Below are positions 19,938-30,256 of a stretch of 54,319 bases of DNA, piece after piece; the stretch's first letter is position 1, and every line of letters starts with the position of its first letter. The stretch is from NCBI GenBank assembly GCA_039714075.1, contig JBDLKA010000012.1:1-54319 (forward strand), in the 5' to 3' direction. The DNA is from Candidatus Krumholzibacteriota bacterium (lineage in GTDB: Bacteria; Krumholzibacteriota; Krumholzibacteriia; LZORAL124-64-63). A program made the position numbers and the translations under genes. Below the pieces are notes generated by a model that saw only the letters and a list, made by a program, of their open reading frames with translations, ran no database searches and was not told the origin of the DNA.

Positions 19938-20264
19938 CTATCCTTCTCCGTGACCTTCAGCTTCGCCTTCGGTCTGCATATGCTTGGCGCAACCTCCGCA
20001 GTACCACTTGCCTTCGATTTCAACCATCTGGTCCTCGGGCACCGCTTTCATGCCGCATTCCCCGGCGCAATCATGGGCCGCGACCATTTCGGTGGTCGTT
20101 TCGGCAGCTTCTTCGGCGGCAGCTTCCACCGGGGCGGCTTCTTCGGTCGTGGCGGCCCCCTCGGCCTCGGTGGCCGCGTCGTCGCCGCCGCCGCAACCGG
20201 CAACAAAAAGGATCAGGGCCAGGAGAGAGACCAGGGATGTTCCAATGATCAGGCGCTTGTTCAT
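19938..20264 (-). CDS. Small lipoprotein with an acidic Ala/Glu/Thr linker and a C-terminal four-Cys motif
   Basis: AGGAG RBS, lipobox VAGC and HDCAGECG...WYCGGCAKH. Confidence 0.75.
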   Translation of the reverse strand: MNKRLIIGTSLVSLLALILFVAGCGGGDDAATEAEGAATTEEAAPVEAAAEEAAETTTEMVAAHDCAGECGMKAVPEDQMVEIEGKWYCGGCAKHMQTEGEAEGHGEG

Positions 20265-20429
20265 GAAAGGACTCCTTGTCGGGGTGGAAACCGGGTCGGC
20301 TCACTCGCAATTTTGATTAAGGAGTGCGCTTGGTCTGGCCGAAAAAAATCCCATGGGACAGATTCGGCTCACCCGATTAGTGAAGCCGTGTTTTTCGGAT
20401 ACGTCAAGGGAAAGGAAACGGGGCGACTG

Positions 20430-21047
20430 ATGAAAACCGCATGTGCCCTTCTGTTATTGATGATCCTGGCCTCTGCAGCGGCGGCCCAGCCGGTGGATCC
20501 GGATCCCGACGGGATCGGCATCTATTTCCATGAGGGCGCCATTGATGAAAGCTGGTGCGCCGACGCGGTGGTCGGCACGCAGGTCACGGCCTACCTGTGT
20601 CTGACCCGCGCCACCGACACCTCCGGGTTCACGGCCTGGGAAGGTCGGATTGAAACGTCGGTCCCGGGCACCCTGGTGGGATTCACCATCCGGGGTGACG
20701 GCACCAACACCGCGGCCGCGCCGGAATTCGTGGTGAGTTACGGCACGCCGTTGCCGTATCAGCTTTCCACCGTGCTCCTGGATATCACGGTGGATGTGGT
20801 CTGGGAATGGTCCATCGCCATGCGGGTCTGGCCCGCGTCCACGCCCAGTGGCCCGGAAGAATTGCCGGCCTATACGACGACCGCCCTGGCCGGGACCTAC
20901 CGGACCCTGGGGTATTCCAACGGCTGGGATCCGGTGACCAAGGTGCCCAAATGGTGCGCGTCCATCAACGACGACAACTGTCTGGACGGCCCCTCGGTCC
21001 CGGTCAGGGATGTGAATTGGGGCGGGGTCAAGGCGCTGTATCGCTAG
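20430..21047 (+). CDS. Secreted protein (DPDPDGIGIYF family) with a C-terminal NWGGVKALYR tail
   Basis: ATG at 20430 and signal peptide ending AAA-Q. Apparent paralog of 48478..49071. Confidence 0.8.
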   Translation: MKTACALLLLMILASAAAAQPVDPDPDGIGIYFHEGAIDESWCADAVVGTQVTAYLCLTRATDTSGFTAWEGRIETSVPGTLVGFTIRGDGTNTAAAPEFVVSYGTPLPYQLSTVLLDITVDVVWEWSIAMRVWPASTPSGPEELPAYTTTALAGTYRTLGYSNGWDPVTKVPKWCASINDDNCLDGPSVPVRDVNWGGVKALYR

Positions 21048-21069
21048 TATGGAACATTTCCAGAGCTTG

Positions 21070-21921
21070 TCATGACCCCGGCCGTTTGGCCTGCTCCCGC
21101 CGCTGTCTGACCCTGGGGGGCAGGGACTTCATGACTTCCCGCGCGATTTCCTCCACCGCCAGGTAGCTGGCCTCGATGGACCGCCAGCCGTGTTTCTTGA
21201 CCAGATTGGCGGCGTGGATGACCTCGTTGGCCACCTCGCGCTTGCTGGTGTAGTAGTCGATGTGGCGCCCGCCGATGTTGACGGATCGCGCCTGCCGGAC
21301 AGTCAGAAGACGGGAGACGTTCACCGACAGGGCGATGACCCGGCTGGGGTCCAGCTCCGCGAGCTGCGGCAGGACCGGGGTGCCGAACACGAGCGGCACG
21401 TTGGCGGCCCTGATTCCCTGGAAGGCGAGATAGAAACAGGTGGTGCTCTTGGCGGCGCGGGACACCCCGACCAGCACCACGTCGGCCAGATGCAGTTCGT
21501 CGGCCCGGCGGCCGTCGTCGTGTTTCAGGGTGTAGTCGATGGCCGACTGGCGGTCGAATCGTTCGCGGTCCGAAGCGTAGAACAAGCCGGGCTTGCCGGT
21601 GGGGGCGCGCTGGAAAAGGTCGTACAGAGCGCTGAACGAGGGGCCGAGGATGTCCACCGTCGGGACCAGCATCCGTTCGGCCATGCCCGACAATGCCCAC
21701 CTTGCTTCCTGTGTCACCAGGGTGTAGAAGATGGTGGCGTCCCGGTCGGCGGCTTCGTGCACCACGGCCGAAACCTGTTCCGGAGTGCGGATTTCCGACC
21801 GGACGGCCAGTTCGAAATCCTGGCCTTCGAACTGGACCAGGGCCGCCTCGACAACCTGGCGGCAGGTCTCTCCGCGTCCGTCGGACACGACGATCAGGAC
21901 CGGCAATCTGCCATCATCCAT
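21070..21921 (-). CDS. Pyruvate,phosphate/water dikinase regulatory protein (PDRP/PSRP, DUF299)
   Basis: VSDGRGET, AIDYTLKHDDG, ADVVLVGVSRAAKST..YLA, ANVPLV and AVEEIA. Confidence 0.9.
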   Translation of the reverse strand: MDDGRLPVLIVVSDGRGETCRQVVEAALVQFEGQDFELAVRSEIRTPEQVSAVVHEAADRDATIFYTLVTQEARWALSGMAERMLVPTVDILGPSFSALYDLFQRAPTGKPGLFYASDRERFDRQSAIDYTLKHDDGRRADELHLADVVLVGVSRAAKSTTCFYLAFQGIRAANVPLVFGTPVLPQLAELDPSRVIALSVNVSRLLTVRQARSVNIGGRHIDYYTSKREVANEVIHAANLVKKHGWRSIEASYLAVEEIAREVMKSLPPRVRQRREQAKRPGS

Positions 21922-21937
21922 TCGACATTCCCCCGCT

Positions 21938-23728
21938 CTAGTCCACGGTGTACCCCTCGGCGTCGATCACCTTCTCGGCGATCAGGTCGTGCAGATGGGT
22001 GCGGTTGACGGGGTCGTGCTTCGTCAGCCGCCGGAGGCCCGCGAGCATGGTCCGCAGTTCGTCGCCTTCGACGGTGGCTGCCATGACGCTGCGCGCCCAG
22101 CCGCCGACCCGGTCCATGGCGTCGTGGATGTACAGGGTGGTCATGTCGGCCATCAACCGGGCCGAGCCTTCACCGTCCTTGTCCGCTTTTTTCAGGGTCC
22201 GCAGCAGGGCGCTTTCGCAGGCGTAGGCTTCGATGATGATGTCCGCCACATCCGCCAGCACCTCCTGCTGGTCCTTCAGGCCCTGGCCGAACTTCTGGGC
22301 GGCCAGACCCAGGGTCGCCAGGACGACCTTCTTCATATTGGCCACCAGCTTGCCCTCGTCCTCCAGGTATTCCGGCTCGCCGGGTTCGGCGAACGAAGGC
22401 AGTCCGGTCAGCTCCTCGGCCACCTCCTGGGCGGCCTGCAGGAAGGGCAGCTCGCCCTTGAGGGCCTTCTTCATGATCATGCCGGGCACGAGCATGCGGT
22501 TGATCTCGTTGGTGCCTTCGAAGATGCGGTTGATGCGCTCGTCACGGTACAGCCGCTCCAGCGGATATTCCTGGCAGTAGCCGTAACCGCCGAGCATCTG
22601 CAGGCATTCCTCGGCGGCCAGGGCGCAGACCTCGGTCGCGAAGACCTTGATCATCGAACACTCGATGGAAAATTCCTCGACCTGCAGGATGCTGGCCCGG
22701 TCGTAACCGGGGTCGCTCTTGTCGAGGGTTTCGATGGCGACGTCGAGCAGGCCGGCGGTGCGGTAGACCATCGACTCGGCCAGGAACATGGCCGTGTTCA
22801 CATCGGCGATCTTGCGGCGGATCAGCCCGAACGAACACAACGGCTGCCCGAACTGGTGGCGCTCCTTGGTGTAGGGGATCGCCGCGAGGAGGGCCTGCTT
22901 GCCGCCCCCGACGGTGCTGGCGCCCAGCTTGAAGCGTCCCACGTTCAGGATGTTGAAGGCTATGTGGTGGCCCTTGCCGATCTCGCCGAGCAGGTTCTCC
23001 ACGGGCACCTTGACGTCTTCGAGGATGATGGCGCAGGTCGACGACCCCTTGATGCCCATCTTCTTCTCCTCGGCCCCGATGGTCACACCCTCGCTGCCGA
23101 GGTCGACAATGAAGCCGGTGAACTGTTCTCCGTCGATCTTGGCGAAAAGAACCACGATCTCCGCGTAACCCGCATTGGTGATGTACTGTTTGGTTCCATT
23201 CAGGACGTAATGCTTGCCGTCGTCGGTCAGGACCGCCGTGGTGGCCGCGGCCAGGGCGTCGGATCCGCTGCCGGGTTCGGTCAGGGCGTAACAGGACAGC
23301 AGTTCGCCCGTGGCCAGCTGGGGCAGGTACTTCTTCTTCTGTTCCTCGTTGCCGAAATAGACGATGGGCAGGGTGCCGATACCCGAATGGGCGCCGTGCG
23401 TCACGGCGAAACTTCCGGCCGCGGCGATGTATTCGCTGATGATCATGACCGTGGCCTTGTCCGAACCCATTCCGCCGTAGGCTTCGGGAACGTCGGCCAT
23501 CAGCAGCCCCATCTGGCCGGCCTCTTTCAACAGGTCCTTGCCCAGTTCGGTCTTGCCCTCGTATTCCAGCTCTTCGTGGACGGGCATGATGATGCGGTCC
23601 ACGAAATCCTGGACGGTCGCGGCGAACATCCGCTGGTTCTCGTTGAAGTCCTCCGGAGTGAAGATGCTCTGGGGGGAACTTTCGGTGAGCAGGAACTCGC
23701 CACCGGTGGGATAACTGTTCTCGGCCAT
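21938..23728 (-). CDS. fadE: Acyl-CoA dehydrogenase (FadE-type)
   Basis: YALTEPGSGSDA, GTKQYITN, EKKMGIKGSST, RHQFG, GGYGY and RIFEGTNEINR. AAAGGAG RBS. Confidence 0.9.
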   Translation of the reverse strand: MAENSYPTGGEFLLTESSPQSIFTPEDFNENQRMFAATVQDFVDRIIMPVHEELEYEGKTELGKDLLKEAGQMGLLMADVPEAYGGMGSDKATVMIISEYIAAAGSFAVTHGAHSGIGTLPIVYFGNEEQKKKYLPQLATGELLSCYALTEPGSGSDALAAATTAVLTDDGKHYVLNGTKQYITNAGYAEIVVLFAKIDGEQFTGFIVDLGSEGVTIGAEEKKMGIKGSSTCAIILEDVKVPVENLLGEIGKGHHIAFNILNVGRFKLGASTVGGGKQALLAAIPYTKERHQFGQPLCSFGLIRRKIADVNTAMFLAESMVYRTAGLLDVAIETLDKSDPGYDRASILQVEEFSIECSMIKVFATEVCALAAEECLQMLGGYGYCQEYPLERLYRDERINRIFEGTNEINRMLVPGMIMKKALKGELPFLQAAQEVAEELTGLPSFAEPGEPEYLEDEGKLVANMKKVVLATLGLAAQKFGQGLKDQQEVLADVADIIIEAYACESALLRTLKKADKDGEGSARLMADMTTLYIHDAMDRVGGWARSVMAATVEGDELRTMLAGLRRLTKHDPVNRTHLHDLIAEKVIDAEGYTVD

Positions 23729-23769
23729 CATGACTCTCCTTTGCGGATCCGCGGCCCGGCCGCGCCCGA

Positions 23770-24954
23770 TTAAATCGCTTCGAATATCCCGGCGGCGCCC
23801 ATGCCCGTGCCGATGCACATGGTCACCAGGGCGTACTTGCCGCCTCGGCGTTTGAGTTCGTGCAGGGCGGTCGCGGTGAGCTTGGCCCCGGTGCAGCCCA
23901 GGGGATGGCCCAGGGCGACCGCGCCGCCGTTGGGGTTCAGCCGGGGATCGGCCGGATCCAGGTCCAGGCCCTTGCAGACGGCCAGGCTCTGGGCGGCAAA
24001 GGCTTCATTCAGTTCGATGACATCCATCTGGTCCAGGCTCAAGCCGGTCTGCTCCATGACTTTCGGCACCGCTTCCACCGGCCCGATGCCCATGATCTCC
24101 GGCTCCACCCCGGCCACCGCGTAGCCCACGAAGCGGGCCAGGGGTTCGGCGCCGATCTCAGCGGCGATCTCGGGTGTGGTCAGGAGCGAGGCCGCGGCCC
24201 CGTCGCTCATCTGGCTGCTGTTGCCCGCGGTCACGGTTCCGCCCTGCTTGAAGGCGGGTTTCAGACGGGCCAGGGCCTCGACCGTCGTGTCTTCGCGGGG
24301 GCCTTCGTCCACCTTGAACTCGACTTCCTGCAGCGTGGGCCGGCCGTTCTTGTCCGTATCCGGCAAGGCGGCGGTCACCGGCACGATTTCGTCCACGAAG
24401 CGGCCTTCCTTGATGGCGGCCACGGCCTTCATGTTGCTGTGATAGGCGAACTCGTCCTGCTGCTCGCGGGTGATCCCGTCGCGCACCACCAGGTTCTCGG
24501 CGGTCAGGCCCATGTTGGTCAGGTACTCGGGGTGTTCGCGGGCCATGGCGGGGCTGGGCAGGTAGCGCAGGCCGCCGATGGGCACCAGGGTCATGGTCTC
24601 GGTGCCGCCGGCGATGACGATGTCGTTCTGCCCCGCGGCGATCTTGAGCGCCCCGTAGCTGATGGTTTCCAGGCCGGAACAGCAGAAGCGGTTCAGGGTC
24701 ATGCCCGGCACCGTGACCGGCAGACCCGCCATCAGGGCGATGTTGCGGCCGACATTCATGCCCTGTTCGGCTTCGGGCATGGCGCAGCCCATGATCACGT
24801 CACTGACGCGGACCGGGTCGAGATCCGGATGCGAGGCGACCAGCTCCCTGACCACGGCGGCGGCCAGGTCGTCGGGCCGGGTGTGGCGCAGCGTTCCCTT
24901 GAGGGCCTTGCCGACGGCGGTCCGGCGGGCGGCGGCAACGACGACTTCTCTCAT
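23770..24954 (-). CDS. fadA: Acetyl-CoA C-acyltransferase (thiolase)
   Basis: [20 protein letters not shown] and MCIGTGMG. Confidence 0.93.
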   Translation of the reverse strand: MREVVVAAARRTAVGKALKGTLRHTRPDDLAAAVVRELVASHPDLDPVRVSDVIMGCAMPEAEQGMNVGRNIALMAGLPVTVPGMTLNRFCCSGLETISYGALKIAAGQNDIVIAGGTETMTLVPIGGLRYLPSPAMAREHPEYLTNMGLTAENLVVRDGITREQQDEFAYHSNMKAVAAIKEGRFVDEIVPVTAALPDTDKNGRPTLQEVEFKVDEGPREDTTVEALARLKPAFKQGGTVTAGNSSQMSDGAAASLLTTPEIAAEIGAEPLARFVGYAVAGVEPEIMGIGPVEAVPKVMEQTGLSLDQMDVIELNEAFAAQSLAVCKGLDLDPADPRLNPNGGAVALGHPLGCTGAKLTATALHELKRRGGKYALVTMCIGTGMGAAGIFEAI

Positions 24955-24967
24955 GGTCAACCCTTTC

Positions 24968-27337
24968 TTAGTTGCGTAACGGTTTCCCGGTCTTGAGAAT
25001 GTGCTCCACGCGCTCGAGGGTCTTGCGTTCGCCCAGCAGGCGCATGAAACTCTCGCGCTCCAGATCCAGCATGTCCTTTTCGGTGACGGTCGTTCCGGTC
25101 GGCACCACGCCGCCGGCGAGGATGGTCCCCAGTTCCATGCCGATTTTCCGATCGTGTTCGGAGATGTACCCGCCCTGCATCATGTTGTACAGAACGGCTT
25201 CGGCCAGGGCGATGCCCGCGGTGCCCATCACCGGGATGGCTTCGGCCTCCGCGGGGGAGGCGTAGTTGCCCGCCGCCAGAGCGAGGGCCAGGTCCTTGGC
25301 GTCGGCCGCCAGGTGGTCGCGGTTCATCGACCAGCTGTCGCCCGGCCTGAGAAATCCCAGGTCCTGTGCCTCGGCGGCGCTGGTGGCGACCTTGGCCATG
25401 CCGATGGTCTCGAAGGTCTTGCGGAAGGCCGGCTGCAGGTCGCGCTTGTCCATCAGCTGCGCGACGTTGCGCTGGTAGAGCCTCAGGCAGCCGCCGCCGG
25501 CGGGGATCACGCCCGCGCCGAATTCGACCAGCCCGATATAAAGCTCGCCCGCGCCCCTCACCGCGTTGCCGCCCATGGTGACTTCGCATCCTCCACCGAG
25601 GGCGAGTCCGGCTGGGGCGGTCACGACCGGTACGGCGCAGTGCTCCAGGCGGCCGGTGGCCGTCTGAAAGGCGCGGACGATCATGTTGATGTCTTCCCAG
25701 TTGCCCTCCATGGCTTCCATCATGAGCATCATCAGGTTGGCCCCGACGGAGAAATTGTCCGCCAGGTTCGTCACGACCAGGGCCTGCCAGTTCTGCTCCG
25801 CTTCACTGCAGGCGGTCATGATCATGTTCATGGTGTCCTGGCCGATGGCGTTCATCTTGGAGTGGAACTCCAGGCCCAGGATTCCGTCGCCGAGGTCCAG
25901 CAGGCTGGCCCCGGGGTTTCGTTTGACTTCCTTGTCCTGGCCGCGCAGGAATTCGAAATCGAAGACGCGCGGGTCGGACGGCACCGCGGCGAACCCGCCC
26001 GCCTCGGCGGTGGGGCTGTGCAGCATGCCGTCCTCGGTGCGGTAGAGTGATTCGGCGCCGCTTTCGTACAGGGCGTCCACCCAGCCGGGCAACGGCAGGC
26101 CGTCATCGCGCATCCTGTCGGTGACCTTGCGGAAGCCGAGCGTGTCCCACACCTCGAAGGGTCCCAGGTCCCAGTTGAAGCCCCAGCGCACGGCCTGGTC
26201 GATCTCGGCCGCCTGGTCGCAGATCTCGCCCACCCGCATGGCGCTGTAGCTGAAGCTGGCCGCGAGCATCTTCCAGATGGCCTGGCCGGCCTTGCCCTTG
26301 CCGAAGGCCAGCATCTGCAGGCGTTCATCCAGTTCGTCCATGCTCTTGGCCATGGCGATTTCGGGGAATTTGACCTTCTGCTTGTCGCGGTATTCGAGGG
26401 TTTCCAGGTCGAGGGTGAAGAACTTCTTCTCGGGTTTTTTCTCCATTTTATAGAACCCGCTGCCGCTCTTGCGTCCCAGCAGGCCCTTTTCGACCATGCG
26501 GTAGAGGTAATCGGGCACCTTGAACGCTTCGCGGGCCTCGTCGTCGGGAATGAGCGGATAGATGTTGTCCGCCACATGGACGAACGTATCCAGGCCCACC
26601 AGGTCGGCCAGCTTGAAGGTCGCGGTCTTGGGGCGGCCGATGGCCGGTCCGGTCAGGGCATCGACCTCTTCGATGGTCAGGCCCAGTTCGTTCATGACCT
26701 GCACCGTGGCCATCATGGCGTGCACGCCCACGCGGTTGGCGATGAAGTTGGGCGTGTCCTTGGCCATGACGATGCCCTTGCCCAGGCGGTCGCGCGCGAA
26801 GGCCGCCACAAAAGACAGGATTTCCGGATCGGTATCCGCGGTGGGGATCAATTCGAAGAGCTTCATGTACCGCGGGGGATTGAAGAAGTGGGTGCCGAAG
26901 AAGCGGGGCTTCAGGTCGTCGGGCAGGACATCCGACATTTCTGCCAGAGACAGTCCCGACGTGTTGCTGGTGAAGATCGCGTCCTCTGAAATGTGCGGCG
27001 CCGCGTTGCCGAGGACGATCTTCTTGATCTTCATGTCCTCCTTGACCACCTCGATGATCCAGTCGGCCTCCTTCAGGCGCGGCAGATCGTCTTCCAGGTT
27101 GCCGGTCTCGATGAGCGCCAGGTTGTCCTTGATGAACAGGGGAGAGGGGCGGGTCTTTTTCAAGGCGCCCACCGCGCCCGCGGCGATGCTGTTTCTGGCC
27201 TTGGGGGAATCGCCGGCATCCTTGGGAACGATGTCCAGCACGAGGGAAGATATTCCGGCGTTGGCGAAGTGGGCCGCGATGGCGCTGCCCATGACGCCCG
27301 ACCCCAGCACGGCCACTTTCCTGATCTGCCTGCGCAT
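24968..27337 (-). CDS. fadN: 3-hydroxyacyl-CoA dehydrogenase / enoyl-CoA hydratase (FadN-type)
   Basis: GSGVMG, SNTSG, HFFNPPRYM, KDTPNFIANR, and a C-terminal crotonase with FSVGANL and LGGGCE, ending GKPLRN. Confidence 0.92.
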   Translation of the reverse strand: MRRQIRKVAVLGSGVMGSAIAAHFANAGISSLVLDIVPKDAGDSPKARNSIAAGAVGALKKTRPSPLFIKDNLALIETGNLEDDLPRLKEADWIIEVVKEDMKIKKIVLGNAAPHISEDAIFTSNTSGLSLAEMSDVLPDDLKPRFFGTHFFNPPRYMKLFELIPTADTDPEILSFVAAFARDRLGKGIVMAKDTPNFIANRVGVHAMMATVQVMNELGLTIEEVDALTGPAIGRPKTATFKLADLVGLDTFVHVADNIYPLIPDDEAREAFKVPDYLYRMVEKGLLGRKSGSGFYKMEKKPEKKFFTLDLETLEYRDKQKVKFPEIAMAKSMDELDERLQMLAFGKGKAGQAIWKMLAASFSYSAMRVGEICDQAAEIDQAVRWGFNWDLGPFEVWDTLGFRKVTDRMRDDGLPLPGWVDALYESGAESLYRTEDGMLHSPTAEAGGFAAVPSDPRVFDFEFLRGQDKEVKRNPGASLLDLGDGILGLEFHSKMNAIGQDTMNMIMTACSEAEQNWQALVVTNLADNFSVGANLMMLMMEAMEGNWEDINMIVRAFQTATGRLEHCAVPVVTAPAGLALGGGCEVTMGGNAVRGAGELYIGLVEFGAGVIPAGGGCLRLYQRNVAQLMDKRDLQPAFRKTFETIGMAKVATSAAEAQDLGFLRPGDSWSMNRDHLAADAKDLALALAAGNYASPAEAEAIPVMGTAGIALAEAVLYNMMQGGYISEHDRKIGMELGTILAGGVVPTGTTVTEKDMLDLERESFMRLLGERKTLERVEHILKTGKPLRN

Positions 27338-27410
27338 GTTCCCAGCCTTTCATTTACCTGTCGGCAATACCAAGGGGACCATCGATAATACAAAGGACCG
27401 TCGATGATAA

Positions 27411-27424
27411 TGAATGCCTATTCA
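27411..27424. promoter_or_regulatory. Putative FadR/TetR operator 1 (TGAAT-gcct-ATTCA)
   Basis: Palindrome immediately downstream of the fadN -10 element. TGAAT/ATTCA half-sites resemble the Bacillus FadR (YsiA) box. Confidence 0.7.
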
Positions 27425-27426
27425 GT

Positions 27427-27455
27427 ATAGTAAACTTGATCGGCACAACTGTCAA
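27427..27455 (-). promoter_or_regulatory. Sigma70 promoter of the fadN-fadA-fadE operon (TTGACA-17-TACTAT)
   Basis: Consensus -35 at 27455-27450 and -10 at 27432-27427. Confidence 0.75.
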
Positions 27456-27502
27456 TGCCTTTAGATAAGTTTGCCATTTGGGCTTGTTTAGGTTCAAATG
27501 TG

Positions 27503-27511
27503 TGATATAAT
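27503..27511 (+). promoter_or_regulatory. Extended -10 element (TGATATAAT) for the TetR gene
   Basis: Perfect TGnTATAAT upstream of 27599. Confidence 0.6.
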
Positions 27512-27577
27512 AAGATTAACGGATGGATCTGACGGTGGGGGCCGTGAGCGGCTTTTCCAGACGAACACACCATTTCA

Positions 27578-27593
27578 ATGAATAAGGCTTCAT
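27578..27593. promoter_or_regulatory. Putative FadR/TetR operator 2 (ATGAA-taaggc-TTCAT)
   Basis: Palindrome similar to operator 1, lying 5 bp before the TetR start codon, consistent with autoregulation. Confidence 0.6.
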
Positions 27594-27598
27594 AAATC

Positions 27599-28186
27599 AT
27601 GGCCCGTAACAGCGACGGCAGCAAAAGGACGGCAATTCTGGACGCGGCGGTCGTCGAAATCGCGCGCCACGGCTACTACCAGACCACCGTGGCGATGATC
27701 GCCAGGCGGGCCGGCGTGGCCGACGGAACCATCTACCTCTACTTCCGCAACAAGGAGGAAATCCTCTTTTCCCTGTTCGAGAGGGCCATGGGGCGGTTCA
27801 TCGCCGAGGGACGTCTGGAGATGGACGAGGGGGCCACCGCCCTGGAAAGAATGCGCCGGATCGTGGAACTGCACCTGACCCTGGTGGGCCAGGACCGGGA
27901 CCTGGCCATCATTTCCCAGGTGGAACTGCGCCACAGTCTTCACTTCATGGACCAGCTGTCCCGCAACCAGGTGGGGGAGTATCTGGCCATCATTGCCGAG
28001 GTTGTGTCCCAAGGCATGGAGGAGGAGAGTTTTCGCGCGGATCTGGACCCTGTTTTCGCGGCCAAGGCCATTTTCGGGGTTCTGGATGAGATGGCCACCG
28101 ACTGGGTTCTTTCCCGCCGCAACAAGCGGCTGGAAAGCCAGGCGTCCGCGGTGCTGGATTTCCTGCTGGGCGGACTGTTGAAATAG
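27599..28186 (+). CDS. fadR: TetR-family regulator, Bacillus FadR (YsiA)-like
   Basis: HTH IARRAGVADGTIYLYFRNKEEIL, LAIISQVELRHS and FGVLDEMATDW. Divergent from the fad operon. Confidence 0.8.
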   Translation: MARNSDGSKRTAILDAAVVEIARHGYYQTTVAMIARRAGVADGTIYLYFRNKEEILFSLFERAMGRFIAEGRLEMDEGATALERMRRIVELHLTLVGQDRDLAIISQVELRHSLHFMDQLSRNQVGEYLAIIAEVVSQGMEEESFRADLDPVFAAKAIFGVLDEMATDWVLSRRNKRLESQASAVLDFLLGGLLK

Positions 28187-28360
28187 GCCGCTAGACTCCG
28201 TGTTTTCAATGAACTGCGCAATCCTGTTAAATTTTTGACTTTAATTCCCGCCCCTCTTGACTTTCCAAATGCCCTGTTACCACCTTATGCTGAAGTCCCG
28301 CGGCAAGGGACAAGGTATCCATCCACGGCCAGCCAGGGCCGGTATCGGCGAGGCTCGAAC

Positions 28361-30256
28361 ATGGGCAAGAAAGACATCCCGGCCACTTCCCCTCTTCTGG
28401 ATGAATTCCAGGTTCCCTCTCCCGGGGAGTGGCGCGCCGAAGTGGAGCGCCTGTTGAAGGGCGCCCCCTTCGCGAAGAAGATGTTCACCACTACCCTCGA
28501 AGGCATCCAGGTGGGTTCGATGGCCACGGCCGCCGACCGGCCGGACCCCGACTGGACCGATACCCTGCCCGGCCAGGCCCCGTTTTTGCGCGGGATCAAT
28601 CCTGGAAACCAATCCGCCGGCACCTGGTTGGTCGCCCAGGAACTGCAGGCTCCATCCGTCGCCGAATTCAATGCCGCGGTTCGTCACGATCTGGAACGGG
28701 GTCAGACCGCGGTCAACCTGATCGTGTCCGGGGCGGGTCCGCGCGGGACCGGGGTTTCGGGCCTGGACGACCTGCGCACGGCCCTTGAAGGTGTGGACCT
28801 GGCAGCCACGCCCATTTTTATCCAGGCCGGAGCGGCGCACCGGACGGTGGCCGAGGATTTATGGACCCTGGCCGGGGAACGGGGCCTTGACCCGACCCTG
28901 TTGCGCGGCCGGTTGGGATGCGATCCGGTGGCCGGGATGGCCGTCGAGGGAGCCCTGCCGGTCCCCGCCACCCAGCTTTATGACGAATTGGCCGCGCTCG
29001 CCCGGCGGGCCGCGGCCGAGGCTCCCGGTCTGCGCACGCTGCCGGTCTTCGAAGATCCCTGGCATGACGGCGGCGCCGACGGCGCCCTCGGTCTGGGGTT
29101 GACCCTGGCCGCGGCGGTGACCGCCCTGCGCGAAATGGAAGCCCGGGGCCTGACCGTGGAGGAGGCAGCCGCCCGCGTGCACTTCAACCTCTGCATCGGG
29201 ACGGATTTTTTCCTGGAGATCGCCCGCCTGCGGGCCTTGCGGGTGCTATGGACGAGGGTCCTGGCCGCCTGCGGCTGCGATCCGGCCATTGCAGGAGCCA
29301 ACGCGGGCGCCACCGTGCACGCCCGGACCAGCCGACGCACCGGCACCCGGCTCGATCCGCATGTGAACATGCTGCGCGCCACGACCCAGGCCATGTCCGC
29401 CGTCCTCGGCGGCGTGGACAGTCTGAGTGTGGCCCCCTTCGATGAAGCGGCCGGTCTGCCCGACGGGTTCAGCCGCCGCATCGCCCGCAATGTCCAGCTG
29501 ATTCTGGCCCACGAGTGCCATCTCGATCACGTGACCGATCCGGCCGGTGGTTCCTGGTACGTGGAAAAGCTGACCGCCGAGGTGGCTGCCCGAACCTGGG
29601 AGCATTTCCAGGCGGTGGAAGCGGCCGGAGGCATGATGGACGCACTGGCAACCGGTCGCATCCAGGAATGGGTTGCCGAAGCCGCCGCCGCAAGGGCCGT
29701 CCGCCTGGCCACCCGCCGCGAAGTCCTGGTGGGCACGAACCAGTATCCGGACCCGAATCCCCTGCCTCCTCCGGAGATTTCTGCTCCGGAGACGGTGGGC
29801 CCAGCCATTCCCCTGCGCAGGGACGGGGCGCCTTTCGAGACTTTGCGTGCCGGGATCGAAGCCCGGGCCAAGGTCGATGCCCCGGCGTGCCGTGTCTATT
29901 GCGCCTGCCTGGGTGATGTGGCCCGGTACATGCCGCGCCTGGAGTTCGTCCGCCGCTTTTTCCGGGTGGGAGGTTTTGAAGTCACCGGCGAACGGTTCGG
30001 CACGACGGCGGCCGAGGTCGTGGCCGCCGCCCGGGCCGACGGCGCCCGGACGGTGATTCTTGTGGGCCTTGATGAAACCTACGCGGAAATGGCAGAGCCC
30101 GTGGTGGCCGCCTTGCAACAGGGCGACGACCCGCCGGTCGTGATGCTGGCGGGCCAACCCGGCGAATACGCGGGAATCGAGGAATACATCAACATCAAGA
30201 GCAACGTCCTGGACGTGCTGGGTCGGTTGTTCGACAAGGTGGGGGGTGGGTCATGA
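28361..30256 (+). CDS. mutA: Methylmalonyl-CoA mutase small (beta, non-B12-binding) subunit
   Basis: [48 protein letters not shown] and VGTNQY. Lacks DxHxxG. Overlaps the downstream gene (ATGA). Confidence 0.88.
   Translation: MGKKDIPATSPLLDEFQVPSPGEWRAEVERLLKGAPFAKKMFTTTLEGIQVGSMATAADRPDPDWTDTLPGQAPFLRGINPGNQSAGTWLVAQELQAPSVAEFNAAVRHDLERGQTAVNLIVSGAGPRGTGVSGLDDLRTALEGVDLAATPIFIQAGAAHRTVAEDLWTLAGERGLDPTLLRGRLGCDPVAGMAVEGALPVPATQLYDELAALARRAAAEAPGLRTLPVFEDPWHDGGADGALGLGLTLAAAVTALREMEARGLTVEEAAARVHFNLCIGTDFFLEIARLRALRVLWTRVLAACGCDPAIAGANAGATVHARTSRRTGTRLDPHVNMLRATTQAMSAVLGGVDSLSVAPFDEAAGLPDGFSRRIARNVQLILAHECHLDHVTDPAGGSWYVEKLTAEVAARTWEHFQAVEAAGGMMDALATGRIQEWVAEAAAARAVRLATRREVLVGTNQYPDPNPLPPPEISAPETVGPAIPLRRDGAPFETLRAGIEARAKVDAPACRVYCACLGDVARYMPRLEFVRRFFRVGGFEVTGERFGTTAAEVVAAARADGARTVILVGLDETYAEMAEPVVAALQQGDDPPVVMLAGQPGEYAGIEEYINIKSNVLDVLGRLFDKVGGGS

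Noticed and set aside
19881..20429. N-terminal extension of the 388-aa ORF
   Set aside because: It is antisense to the small lipoprotein. The signal peptide starts at ATG 20430.
28187..28360. Cobalamin riboswitch upstream of mutAB
   Set aside because: No B12-box or other conserved cobalamin riboswitch elements are visible.
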